NCBI GenBank assembly: GCA_038131935.1
Contig: JAYPQH010000031.1
Span: forward strand, 1 to 42,987
Length of the DNA: 42,987 nt
Source: Alphaproteobacteria bacterium
GTDB taxonomy: Bacteria > Pseudomonadota > Alphaproteobacteria > UBA8317
Direction of reading: 5' to 3'
The notes beneath the pieces were generated by a model that had not been told where the DNA came from, ran no database searches, and saw only the letters and a program-made list of their open reading frames with translations. The number at the start of each line of letters is the position of its first letter. The first letter of the stretch is position 1. Below are positions 11,267-21,394 of the stretch, piece by piece. A program made the translations under genes and the position numbers.

Positions 11267-12950
11267 GGTTGGTATCCATCATTTGGCGCACCGCATGTGC
11301 CATTTGACGTGAGCGAGCTTGGGGTAATGCGATGTAGTGTGCGCCCATGATTTGGGCTAGAGACTGTAATCCTCTTGATGCTGTTCTTGAATTATCAATG
11401 ACCAAAGTGCTGATATTATCCACCCGAATGAGTTGAGCCATATCTTCAGCATCTTTAAGAGCTTGTTCTCTATCTGCTTGTCCGGCTTTCGTGATGTTGG
11501 CACGTCCGTCTGTAATCAAAACAATGATAGGAGACATGCCCGACCTTTGTGCAAGAATGGCTTGTTTCCAACAATTCTCAAGTCCATGTGCTAAGGGTGT
11601 TCCCCCGCCACCAACCAAGCCTGAAAGACGATTTTTCGTCTGCACCAACGATCGTGTTGGTGGCAGAAAAATGGTTGAAGAAAATCCCCTGAAACCAATG
11701 AGTGCAACATGGTCACGACGGGCGTAAGCTTGAGCGAGCAATTGCTCAACAGCTCCTTTAGCTTCAGCCAGTCTTGCCATGGCAGTTGAACCAGAAGCGT
11801 CAATGCCAAAAATAATCAATCGGTCAGACTTTTCTTGAAATTGTTTTATGCACAAATCATCCATTCGAATGATGGGTCGTGCGCTGTCTTTGTGTTTTCC
11901 TATCTTACGAATTGTTTGCCATGGGGCGGCACGACGAAGCGTGGCAGGTACATCTAGCCTCTGTGACGAACGCGGTCGACCTGCATGTGATGGTTTGGGG
12001 GCGCCATGCCGATTTCCACGTCTGAGAGCTCCTGTGCCATGTCCACTGCTATTTTTGAGGATTTGAGATCTGGGTAATTGATCAATAATATGGTCTGGAA
12101 GCGCCACAGCGATGGCTTCCCGAAGAATGTCATCCGGGATATTTTGTGCTGAAGTTTGATGCTCTTGCTGTTCAGACTGCTCTGTTTGAGATGGTGTTTG
12201 ATTTTCAGGTTCGCTTGGCTCTTGAACCTCTTCATCATCTGGCAAATGTAAGGCGCGAGGGGCTAACACCAAGCTTGTAGCCAATTGAATATCCTCTTCT
12301 GTGATATTTGTGCGTCCATGAAGATGGGCGCTTGCGCGTGCAACATGAAGCAGATGAAGAGGAATTTGCATATGATATACCCCGCAACGCGTGGGTAGTG
12401 TAGCCAATGTTTTGTACCAATCATCTGCTGGCAAAGACATTTGGCAAGATGAAGATGTATTTGGTGTAGACCAACGACGGTGGGCTATCAAAGGGTCTTC
12501 CTGCATGACCACATGAATGGCCAGGTAGTCTGCTAAGGGAGCAGGAATATCTTGATGATCATCACAAGATTCGTTGATGGCAATAATCAGTGGACGGTGC
12601 TTTTGAGATTGTTTCTTTAATGTAGCGACCAATCTTGCTGCTTGATTAATTGATAAGCGCTCTGCCCCCATGATGAGAATTGGTCTTTGGGTTTTCAGAA
12701 CGCCATGAGTATATGTTGGTCTGCCATGTTGCAGCATGGTGCCCAAATCTAACCCCCCATACCATTGTTCATCTGGAGCGTGCGCAGATACGGGGAGAAG
12801 TAAGGGGAATAACTCTTCTAATTGGCTGCGAATGAATGCAAGCGTGCCGCCAAAACGTGCATGAATGACCATACCACCAAGATAAGAGGGCCCGCTGTTG
12901 TGTAAAATAGAAGCGCCTATGGCAATCAGGTTGTTGTATGTCGTTGTCAT
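11250..12950 (-). CDS. bchD: Magnesium chelatase subunit D (start 12950 or 12983)
   Basis: Degenerate AAA N-terminus (GGLDLGTML, MGAERL), acidic linker, RLDVPATLRRAAPWQ, vWA MIDAS DASGS, GGGGTPLA, ITDGRAN. Confidence 0.93.
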   Translation of the reverse strand: MTTTYNNLIAIGASILHNSGPSYLGGMVIHARFGGTLAFIRSQLEELFPLLLPVSAHAPDEQWYGGLDLGTMLQHGRPTYTHGVLKTQRPILIMGAERLSINQAARLVATLKKQSQKHRPLIIAINESCDDHQDIPAPLADYLAIHVVMQEDPLIAHRRWSTPNTSSSCQMSLPADDWYKTLATLPTRCGVYHMQIPLHLLHVARASAHLHGRTNITEEDIQLATSLVLAPRALHLPDDEEVQEPSEPENQTPSQTEQSEQQEHQTSAQNIPDDILREAIAVALPDHIIDQLPRSQILKNSSGHGTGALRRGNRHGAPKPSHAGRPRSSQRLDVPATLRRAAPWQTIRKIGKHKDSARPIIRMDDLCIKQFQEKSDRLIIFGIDASGSTAMARLAEAKGAVEQLLAQAYARRDHVALIGFRGFSSTIFLPPTRSLVQTKNRLSGLVGGGGTPLAHGLENCWKQAILAQRSGMSPIIVLITDGRANITKAGQADREQALKDAEDMAQLIRVDNISTLVIDNSRTASRGLQSLAQIMGAHYIALPQARSRQMAHAVRQMMDTNHAPIQ

Positions 12951-12975
12951 ATCGTCAAATTTCGTAGAAAAAATA

Positions 12976-13980
12976 TCAGCCAAATACTTGCTTCATACTG
13001 CGTTGCACCCGTGCCAAGCCCGAGGCTTCATCCAAGGGGTCTCGACGAAGGCGGTGTTGCAAGGCCATGCCTGCAACGGTTGTAATATGTTCACGTGTAA
13101 CATGTTCATCCCCGCACCATGCGGCCTGAGCACGGGCACTTCGTAATAAGGTCAACTCACCACGTAATCCATCAGATCCTATGGTCATACAAAGATTGGC
13201 GATATCGGTAAGAGCCTCGTCGGGGACTTTAATGTCCTTCAACAAGGCTTGTGCTTTGATGATACGCTCGCGAATAGCCATGTCATGATTGTGATAATTG
13301 TCAAGAAATGCTCGTGGATTCTGATCAAAAGCATCTCGGCGTTTTAAAACCTCCACGCGTTCTTGAATGTTATTAGGATTCCCAACATCAACAGCCAGTC
13401 CAAAACGGTCAAGTAATTGCGGCCTCAGCTCACCTTCTTCTGGGTTGCCAGACCCAATCAAGACGAAAGATGCGGCGTGACGAATAGATAGGCCATCACG
13501 TTCAATCAAATTTTCACCGGATTGTGCAACATCCAAAAGGAGATCGATAATATGATCTTCGAGTAGGTTTATTTCATCAATATACAAAAAACCGCGGTTA
13601 GCCTCGGCGAGGAGTCCTGGCTGAAACGCTTTCTCACCTTTGCTAAGGGCCTTTTCAATATCCAACGCGCCGGTTACACGGTCTTCGCTAGCGCCCAACG
13701 GAAGGTCAACCACAGGCGTAGGGATATTGATTGTTTCATACGATGTGAGGCTAGCCCATTCAGGTACGTCTGCTTCAGTAGCTGCGTGGATGGGACAGCC
13801 TTCTATGGCTTCTAGCGGTGGAAGTAGATTGGCAAGGGCGCGTACAGCTGTGGATTTGCCAGTTCCCCTGGTGCCAAAAATCAGAACGCCACCAATTCGA
13901 CGGTCAATCGCATTTAGCAGCAAGGCCATTTTCATGTCATCTTGGCCAACTATGGCTGAGAAGGGAAATGTTTCTGGCAT
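12976..13980 (-). CDS. bchI: Magnesium chelatase subunit I
   Basis: FPFSAIVGQ, GTRGTGKST, LYIDEINLL, GSGNPEEGELRPQLLDRFG, DGLRGEL. Confidence 0.97.
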   Translation of the reverse strand: MPETFPFSAIVGQDDMKMALLLNAIDRRIGGVLIFGTRGTGKSTAVRALANLLPPLEAIEGCPIHAATEADVPEWASLTSYETINIPTPVVDLPLGASEDRVTGALDIEKALSKGEKAFQPGLLAEANRGFLYIDEINLLEDHIIDLLLDVAQSGENLIERDGLSIRHAASFVLIGSGNPEEGELRPQLLDRFGLAVDVGNPNNIQERVEVLKRRDAFDQNPRAFLDNYHNHDMAIRERIIKAQALLKDIKVPDEALTDIANLCMTIGSDGLRGELTLLRSARAQAAWCGDEHVTREHITTVAGMALQHRLRRDPLDEASGLARVQRSMKQVFG

Positions 13981-14693
13981 CAGTAATTCTCCTGTTGGGA
14001 TGACATGGCAAAACCCTCTCGCCAAGATCCTTGCGTTTCAACAACGCGAAAGCGGGCATATAGATCCTCTCGAAACCAGTCGCCTTGACGTACAGCTTTG
14101 ATTGCACATGCATGGGGACCTTGATGTGCAAACTGACTCATGGAGTGAGCATCTGGCCATATGGAAAAAGTTATTTGATGAAGCAAGGGAATCTCTCCAA
14201 TCCCTATTTTAAACAAAACATCAGTATTTTGGCCAATCCGCTTTGATATGTTGGGAACTTGTTGCCAAAACTGTCGCGCAAATCTGGGTCTTAGGGATGC
14301 TCTGGTTAATACAGCCAGAGGAGCTTGGCCGCATGTTTTTTCTGTTGTTGGGATAAAAGGTTGCTGGCCATCCCATTGTCCACGGCTCGATTGAGGTTGA
14401 AGCCAAATATGCCAATGCTCTTCTGCTTTGTCCGTATAGAGCTTAAAGATTGGTTGTTGGTGTAATTGATCTTTGGCAGATATTTTATCATCCCAAGCAG
14501 TTAATATAGCGTAGACTGCCCAGTTTGGTTGGGGGGTAAATCCTTCCCCGGTCCCCGAACCACAAAGTTTCCAAAAATTAAGGTGGGCCATATTTTGGAA
14601 ATATCGCCGCGCCCGGCCCATCATGCTGAATGCCCAGAGCTTGTTTTGAAACCCCTGAAATCGAAATAAGGATAAGCATACTTGGGCCGTCAC
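13980..14693 (-). CDS. crtA: Spheroidene monooxygenase
   Basis: FWKLCGSGTGEGFTP, FKIGIGEIP, TFSIWP, GPHACAIKAVR, DLYARF; GTG 14693 with GAGGTG RBS. Confidence 0.93.
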   Translation of the reverse strand: MTAQVCLSLFRFQGFQNKLWAFSMMGRARRYFQNMAHLNFWKLCGSGTGEGFTPQPNWAVYAILTAWDDKISAKDQLHQQPIFKLYTDKAEEHWHIWLQPQSSRGQWDGQQPFIPTTEKTCGQAPLAVLTRASLRPRFARQFWQQVPNISKRIGQNTDVLFKIGIGEIPLLHQITFSIWPDAHSMSQFAHQGPHACAIKAVRQGDWFREDLYARFRVVETQGSWREGFAMSSQQENY

Positions 14694-14711
14694 AAAAATC
14701 ACCTCTTTTAT

Positions 14712-14729
14712 TGTCATTTTAAAAATACA
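14712..14729. promoter_or_regulatory. PpsR/CrtJ box upstream of crtA
   Basis: TGT-CATTTTAAAAAT-ACA, exact TGT-N12-ACA. Confidence 0.85.
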
Positions 14730-14839
14730 TAAAATAAAATAGATTGGCTAGTGAAGATCTATTAATTGCTTTAAATCGCAAAAAAGTGAGTATTTTCAAT
14801 TGTGAAAAATTGATTGCAAAAGACTTTATTCCCGTTTAA

Positions 14840-14857
14840 TGTAAACTTTAAATTACA
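14840..14857. promoter_or_regulatory. PpsR/CrtJ box upstream of crtI
   Basis: TGT-AAACTTTAAATT-ACA, exact TGT-N12-ACA in the divergent crtA/crtI promoter region. Confidence 0.87.
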
Positions 14858-14865
14858 CTTGTGGG

Positions 14866-16434
14866 GTGAGTATGGATCAAAAAATCATCGAAAATGATGA
14901 TGATCGGCGTGCCATTGTGATTGGTGCTGGCCTTGGTGGTCTTGCTTCAGCCATGAGGTTGGGTGCAAAGGGCTATGCGGTCGAGGTTTTTGATAGGCTT
15001 GATCAAGTTGGTGGACGGGGAAGTTCCATCACCCAATCTGGTTACAGATTTGATCTTGGGCCCACAATTATCACCGTGCCGCAATTGTTTGAAGACTTAT
15101 GGTCCACCTGTGGGTTTCGTTTTGAGGATGATGTCAAGCTGATATCTCTCGACCCGTTCTATCAAATACGCTGGCCAGATGGTTCATGTTTTACCGCATC
15201 AGCAGATACTGATCGCATGATCGAAGAAGTCCGCAAGTTATCTCCTGCCGATGTAAAAGGATACAAGCGCTTTTTGAAGGATAGCGAAGTGCGCTATCGC
15301 GTAGGTTTTGAAGATTTAGGTCGCCGTCCCATGAATAGTTTGTGGGAGTTGATAAAGGTGCTTCCGCGGTTTGCTTGGTTGCGCGCTGATCGGTCTGTTG
15401 TGGATCATGTGTCGTTACGCGTTCGTGACCCAAGGCTGCAGATGGCACTTTCGTTTCACCCTCTGTTTATCGGTGGAAATCCATCCAAAGTTACGTCTAT
15501 GTATAGCCTAGTCTCATATTTAGAAAAAACTTTTGGTGTACATTATGCTATTGGGGGAGTCCAAGCCATCGCAGATGCCATGAAGAAGGTTATTTTGCGT
15601 CAAGGTGGGCAGGTGCATCTGAACACGACTGTTGACGAAATTTTGGTTGAAGATGACATGGCTGTCTCTGGTATCCGCTTGGATGACGGAAGAAATATTC
15701 GTTCAAAAGTGGTGGTCTCGAATGCTGATGCTGGGTTTACATACAGGAATTTGCTTAGAAATGTACCCAAAAAACGTTGGTCGGAAAAAAAGCTACAAAG
15801 TCAGTCTTGGTCTATGGGCTTGTTTGTGTGGTATTTTGCTACCCGGCAAACTGCAGAATGTTGGAAAGATGTTGGGCATCATACATTTTTGAACGGGCCC
15901 CGATATCAAGGTCTTGTGGATGATATCTTTATCCGTGGTAAGCTAAGTGATGACATGAGTTTGTATATCCATCGCCCAAGTGTATCAGATCCAACTGTTG
16001 CACCCCATGGTGATGATGTTTTTTATGTTCTCTCCCCGGTTCCTCATTTGGGTCACGATAAACCCGTGAATTGGGTAACTGAGCGGGAGCGCTACCGTCA
16101 GAAAGTCGCAGCACAACTGCAAACAATCATTCCTGGTTTTGAAGAAAATATTGTGGAAAGCCTCATTCTTGATCCGGAGAGTTTTGAGCAGCGCTATCTA
16201 TCTCCTTTGGGTTGTGGATTTTCCCTCGAGCCCAGAATATTACAATCAGCCTGGTTTCGCCCACATAATATTTCAGAGGAATGTAAAGGGTTGTTTTTGA
16301 CCGGTGCGGGCACACATCCAGGCGCTGGCGTGCCGGGTGTTATTTCAAGTGCTGAGGTGCTTGCGCAATTGGTCCCTGCCTTACCAGCATGGGATGGGCA
16401 ACCAGTAAATATTCAATCTTGGGCTGCAGAATAA
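14866..16434 (+). CDS. crtI: Phytoene desaturase
   Basis: VIGAGLGGLA, FDLGPTIIT, QSAWFRPHN, GAGTHPGAGVPGV, terminal AAE. Confidence 0.96.
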   Translation: MSMDQKIIENDDDRRAIVIGAGLGGLASAMRLGAKGYAVEVFDRLDQVGGRGSSITQSGYRFDLGPTIITVPQLFEDLWSTCGFRFEDDVKLISLDPFYQIRWPDGSCFTASADTDRMIEEVRKLSPADVKGYKRFLKDSEVRYRVGFEDLGRRPMNSLWELIKVLPRFAWLRADRSVVDHVSLRVRDPRLQMALSFHPLFIGGNPSKVTSMYSLVSYLEKTFGVHYAIGGVQAIADAMKKVILRQGGQVHLNTTVDEILVEDDMAVSGIRLDDGRNIRSKVVVSNADAGFTYRNLLRNVPKKRWSEKKLQSQSWSMGLFVWYFATRQTAECWKDVGHHTFLNGPRYQGLVDDIFIRGKLSDDMSLYIHRPSVSDPTVAPHGDDVFYVLSPVPHLGHDKPVNWVTERERYRQKVAAQLQTIIPGFEENIVESLILDPESFEQRYLSPLGCGFSLEPRILQSAWFRPHNISEECKGLFLTGAGTHPGAGVPGVISSAEVLAQLVPALPAWDGQPVNIQSWAAE

Positions 16435-17453
16435 TGGTTAGGCTGGAGCAGGATATTGAGTACTGTGCACAACGCATCCGCACAGGGTCTTACTCGTTTC
16501 ATGCAGCGTCTTGTTTATTGCCTCAATCTATTCGCGACCCTGCGCGTATTTTATATGCCTTTTGTCGTGTGGCGGATGATGAAGTTGATGAGGGGTCTGA
16601 TAAAGCTTTAGCGGTGTTGAATTTGGCAGATCGTCTCGAGCGTGTTTACGCCGGGCGTCCTGATAACCGCCCTGAAGATAGGGCTATGGCGCATATTGTG
16701 GATGCGTTTGAGCTTCCCATTGCTCTTCCAGAAGCCCTTCTTGAGGGGCTTGCTTGGGATGCAAAGGGACTACAGTACAAGAATTTTTCAGGGGTTGTCG
16801 ATTACTCAGCCAGGGTCGCAGCGTCTGTGGGCGTGATGATGTGCGTTCTCATGAGATCTCGAGATCCAGATGTCCTTGCAAGAGCCTGTGATTTGGGTGT
16901 TGCGATGCAATTAACAAATATTGCGCGTGATGTTGGCGAAGACGCGCGGGCTGGCCGTCTTTATTTGCCACATTCTTGGTTGAAAGATGAGGGTGTTTGT
17001 CCAGAGACATTCGTTCAATCTCCCCTATATGATGAGGCTTTGGCGAGGATCGTAAAAAGGCTTTTGTCGCGTGCAACCCAACTATATTTCCGATCACAAG
17101 CAGGCATTGATGCTCTTCCTTGGAAAGCTCGTACAGCGATATGGGCAGCGCGTTTCATATATGCTGGCATTGGTCGCTCTCTTCAGAATTTACAATATGA
17201 CAGCATTCATCATCGTGCACGCACAACATCATGGGAAAAAATAGGTTGGCTTGGGCTTTCTGTAGGCCGAGCTGGTCTAGGTATATGTATGCCTCGGGCT
17301 GCGACACTTCATGCAAAACCTCTTCAAGAAGTACAGTTCTTGATAGATGCAGCGGCTTCACCGGGCCGTGATCCCAGCCGGCATGCGAAGGTCATGGATA
17401 TTCTTTTGGACTTGGCTGTTCAAAAGAACAATGTTCCGTGGTCGCCTGCATAG
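16434..17453 (+). CDS. crtB: Phytoene synthase
   Basis: GSYSFHAAS, YAFCRVADDEVD, AMQLTNIARDVGEDARAGRLYLP; TAATG coupling to crtI. Confidence 0.96.
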   Translation: MVRLEQDIEYCAQRIRTGSYSFHAASCLLPQSIRDPARILYAFCRVADDEVDEGSDKALAVLNLADRLERVYAGRPDNRPEDRAMAHIVDAFELPIALPEALLEGLAWDAKGLQYKNFSGVVDYSARVAASVGVMMCVLMRSRDPDVLARACDLGVAMQLTNIARDVGEDARAGRLYLPHSWLKDEGVCPETFVQSPLYDEALARIVKRLLSRATQLYFRSQAGIDALPWKARTAIWAARFIYAGIGRSLQNLQYDSIHHRARTTSWEKIGWLGLSVGRAGLGICMPRAATLHAKPLQEVQFLIDAAASPGRDPSRHAKVMDILLDLAVQKNNVPWSPA

Positions 17454-17506
17454 TTTTTCACGAAAAGTCCGCTATATCTCTTCTTATATCTTAGAGGGGA
17501 ATTGTT

Positions 17507-17988
17507 ATGGATTGGTTGGTGGGTTTTATCCTTTTGCTCGCATGTTTTGGGGCTGGTGCAACGGGAGCAATTTTCCCACCTGGGGAATGGTATGAGCGTC
17601 TTCAGCGCCCTTCATGGACACCGCCAAATTGGATGTTCCCAGTGGTATGGACTTCTTTATATATTCTCATGGCCTTAGCTGGTGGGATGGTTGCGCAAAA
17701 AGATGGAGGTGGCATAGCTTTGGCTTGCTGGGCTTTGCAGATAACCATGAATAGTTTGTGGACACCTGTTTTTTTGGCTTGCGCCGTATGCGCGAAGCGC
17801 TTCTTGTCATGGCTGGCTTGTGGGTATCCGTTTTGGCTATGGTCACCACGCATGCATCTGTAGATATTGTTGCTGGGATTTTGCTGCTGCCCTATTTGAT
17901 ATGGGTCACCGTCGCGGGGGCACTTAATGTCGCTATGGTCCGTTTGAACCCGGATGTTAGACCTCTTCGAATTGACCAATTGCCTTAA
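17507..17988 (+). CDS. tspO: Tryptophan-rich sensory protein TspO/CrtK (frameshift in T-run 17769-17775)
   Basis: WYERLQRPSWTPPNWMFPVVWT, LWTPVF(F)GLRR, PYLIWVTVAGALN; one extra T joins ORFs 17507-17863 and 17758-17988. Confidence 0.93.
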
Positions 17989-17998
17989 TGTTTCATTG

Positions 17999-19021
17999 TC
18001 ATGTTTTTCTAGGTGTTAACCAAGCGGGTATGCGTGGTGTGCGCATGGCAATCATGGCCTTGATGAATTGTCGGTTGAAGCGTCTCATATCAAGGGCTTC
18101 ATGAATACCAGTAACCCGTTCCTTGTGAATATATGTTTCGATCATGCTTCTAGAATAAAAGGGGGCGTCAAGCATGTTCATTATTTGTCGTGCATTTTCT
18201 CCAACATCTGTTCTTGTATTTCGTTTGACTCGCCATAAGGATGGCTTGAATTCCTTTGATGTAGGTGCGCTGATCGTCTGAAAATTTCCATCTTCGTCAC
18301 ATAAGAATGCTGCTTCTAGTTTGCTTCCGTCCGTCCGTTCGGCGTCATAAAAACAATAACTTCCATGTTGAGATGGGAAACGCCCCCATGTCCAAAATTG
18401 AAAATCTTCCTCAAGAGATCTGTCTCCAAAATTGGCGTCCATATAGCCTTCACCAGACCATTGCCAGCCGGGTGCTTCGAGTTCCACGGAAATATCCGCT
18501 CGTGGTGCGAATGGCCTCCACATATGGGCATCATCTTTGCTAATGGCCACCGCTGCACTTGTCAGAAAATGTGGCTTAAGGAGTATTCTTCCTTTGACTC
18601 GGCCGGGTATAGGTGGGGCGGAATATTCATCGATGTTGATCACCAACCCATCGTCCGTCCATTGAAAGGATGATGGTCCCACATGGAAAGAGTCAGGGGT
18701 TTGAATGGTTGTTCGTCCAGGTCTCTCTGTCATTGTGAAGCGACCCCCTGGGCCATAGGTGGCAACATTGATGCAGCAATGATTATGAGGCGCCTTGCGG
18801 CCTGACCAAGCATACCAAGGGGAAAATACGGAGCCAATAAATGCAATGATTGAAATGGCGCGTGTTTTGTCGTGGCTTATGCCGTCAACATACCACCAAG
18901 CATACCCATTCTGATCGACGGTTAGGTCAAACCGAGGTCTTCTTGCAAGGCTTGCGCTGCATGCTGCCCCGACAGGGAGGCCATCGGTATGCCTGCTCCG
19001 GGATGGATACCCCCGCCACAC
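17999..19021 (-). CDS. crtC: Carotenoid 1,2-hydratase (start uncertain; overlaps crtD 3' end)
   Basis: GYAWWYVDG, IAFIGSVFSPWY, HCCINVA, WRPFAP, GYMDANFG, APFYSRS, GIHEALD. Confidence 0.92.
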   Translation of the reverse strand: MWRGYPSRSRHTDGLPVGAACSASLARRPRFDLTVDQNGYAWWYVDGISHDKTRAISIIAFIGSVFSPWYAWSGRKAPHNHCCINVATYGPGGRFTMTERPGRTTIQTPDSFHVGPSSFQWTDDGLVINIDEYSAPPIPGRVKGRILLKPHFLTSAAVAISKDDAHMWRPFAPRADISVELEAPGWQWSGEGYMDANFGDRSLEEDFQFWTWGRFPSQHGSYCFYDAERTDGSKLEAAFLCDEDGNFQTISAPTSKEFKPSLWRVKRNTRTDVGENARQIMNMLDAPFYSRSMIETYIHKERVTGIHEALDMRRFNRQFIKAMIAMRTPRIPAWLTPRKT

Positions 19022-20396
19022 AGATACAGCCCCTGGATCGTTGATCGGGTGGCCGGGCGCATAAAAGCTGCCATCATGCCATGGGGACTGCGTCCGTAAA
19101 GCGCCCCCTTGCTGCCTGGGAACATCTGGCTGAACATGCTCGGACATGTTGTCTGATCCGGGCTTGGGTGGGTTGAAAATGTGAGGCCGAATTCCTTGAA
19201 ACGGTTCATTGTCATATTCGTCCATCGGGTTTTCTCCTCTGTATTGAGTTTGGTCTTCATCTGCGAAGGTGCGTTTCTGATGATTTCAAATCGGCTCTCA
19301 CAGCTGTCTTCGTGCGCATCATTCCCGAGGTCTTGCGCGCATAAGTATAATGTTGCGTCTTCTGGAATTTTTGCATTCTCCAGCTCGGTAAATTCATTGT
19401 CTCTTACATGGCCAAAAAATACATTATGGTGGGCAAGCTTTACCCCTTGTGTCTGGGAGGCAAAACCATGAACAAGGGCGGAATATGAACGTGGATGGCT
19501 GTGTTTTTCTTTGATGGCTTTACGCGGGTAGTTCCTAATATCCCCTCGTAAAGAGCGTTTGGGTCACCATTAAAAATGATGGCATCAGCAGTCATGGTTG
19601 CCTCGCTCGTATTTAGGGAAAACTTTTGATGGGGCTGTTTCTGAATATCAAGGACAGTTTGTGCAAACTTAAACTGGACACCATTTTTGGAGGCAAGTTG
19701 GTAAAGGGCACTGCTTAAGCTTGCCATCCCATTTTGGAGGCAAAATACCCCTTTTGATTCAGCGCGCCAGATTAAACTGAGAATGCCAGGGCTGAGTGAT
19801 GGGCTGCCTCCAACATAGGTTGTGTATCGGTTAAAAAGTTGGCGCAAATGGGGAGATGAAAACATCTGTTGGGTTAGTCGTGACATGGTCATTTTGGGTG
19901 CGAGAAACGGCAGCAAGTGATAGTTGCGCAAAAGTGGTCTTAGCAATTGGGTGGGTTGTATCGACGATGCACGCATCACGGGTTGGTCAAAGCAGGAAAA
20001 AAGATCACGACTTACTTTGTCAAATTTATAGAATTCTTGCGCGGCCTGCTGTCCAAATTGCTCTTGGATCAATGACATATTTGTATCAAAATTTGTATGT
20101 AAGTCGAGGGTAGCGCCGTCATCCCAAAAATGCCGAGCAAGAATTTTTAAGGGGATAAGGCCAACATAGTCCTCTAATGTCTCTCCATTCAGTTGAAACA
20201 AAGTTTCAAAAATATCAGGCATGGTGAGCACGGTTGGGCCAATATCAACGGGGCCAAGCTGGCTATCGGACTGACGAATTTTTCCACCAGCATGGTTGTT
20301 CTTTTCAACAACAGTGATGTTTGCGTCACTGCGCGCGAGTGCACATGCAGCGCTCAGTCCACCTATCCCTGCTCCAATAATGACAATATGTTTCAT
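18922..20396 (-). CDS. crtD: 1-hydroxycarotenoid 3,4-desaturase (frameshift near 19500-19530)
   Basis: IIGAGIGGL, GPTVLTM, RYTTYVGGSP; after a -1 shift PRSYSALV, LAHHNVFF, FPGSKGALYG, GGIHPGAGIPMASLSG. Confidence 0.92.
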
Positions 20397-20402
20397 GTTT
20401 AG

Positions 20403-20463
20403 CGTAAATAATTGTTTACAATATAATTGACATATGCATGCAAAATGTCCAGTATTATTTACA
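20403..20463. promoter_or_regulatory. Pair of PpsR boxes in the divergent crtD/crtE promoter region
   Basis: Exact TGT-CCAGTATTATTT-ACA at 20446-20463 and one-mismatch CGT-AAATAATTGTTT-ACA at 20403-20420. Confidence 0.8.
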
Positions 20464-20507
20464 CATGGAAGTTTACCATTTGTCTATGGCATCAGAATGG
20501 AGGCGTT

Positions 20508-21394
20508 ATGCAAAAGCCTAAGGAGCGTATCGAAGGATCCATCGCCCAGGCGTTATTGTTGGCCTCTTCAGGGCGTGCAGGTCTGTCTGTTCCTCGGCGA
20601 TTGGCTGATGCTATTCATCATGCGGTTAACCCTGGCGGCGCACGAATCCGACCAACCATTGTCCTTTCAGTTGCGGCGGCATGTGGTGATCCTATGCCTC
20701 AGCTTGCCAATAGGGCGGCTGCGGCTCTTGAGTTGATCCATTGTGCAAGCTTGGTTCATGATGATTTGCCTTGTTTTGATGATGCGGACATGAGGCGTGG
20801 AAAGCCTAGTGTGCACAAAGTATATGGTGAACCATTGGCTGTGTTGGCTGGTGATAGCCTTATTGTTTTGGCTTTTAAATTGTTGTCTGACTGTAGAGAT
20901 TGTGATGCCGAACAAGTCTTGCGTTTGATTGGTATACTCTCAGAGCGAACAGGTATGCCCTTTGGTATTTGTGCAGGCCAAGGTTGGGAGAGTGAGCCGA
21001 GCGTTGATCTTCCTCTTACCATCAGGCCAAAACAGGGGCTCTGTTTATTGCCGCAACGCAAATGGGTGCGGTTTCAGCAGGCGCTGATCCTGCGCCATGG
21101 GAAGATTTAGGCTCTTGGGTTGGCCAAGCATTTCAGTTGGCTGACGATCTACATGATGCCCTGACACCAGAAGATATTATGGGTAAGCCCTCTCATCAAG
21201 ATGAACGACATGGGCGGCCCAATGCTGTTCAGCAGTTTGGTCTGGCAGGAGCTGTTGCGCAATTTGATAAGATTGTTGGAGCGGCAATCGCATCAATTCC
21301 TGTATGTGCGGGAGAAGAGGCTCTGGTTCGGATGGTCTCCCATACTGCAGAGGCAATTGTACCAAAAACTATACGTGTGGCAGCTTGTGGTTGA
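20508..21394 (+). CDS. crtE: Geranylgeranyl diphosphate synthase (frameshift near 21015)
   Basis: PGGARIRP, HCASLVHDDLPCFDDADMRRG, GQGWESE, then YHQAKTG and AFQLADDLHD in the next frame. Confidence 0.93.

Noticed and set aside
19022-19225. 408-aa CrtC with a long N-terminal extension, as in the ORF track
   Set aside because: The extension is the alternative frame of the conserved crtD 3' end; not accepted as protein without evidence and kept only as an open question in findings.
20413-20432. Extra PpsR box TGT...ACA in the crtD/crtE spacer
   Set aside because: Spacer is 14 nt, not 12.
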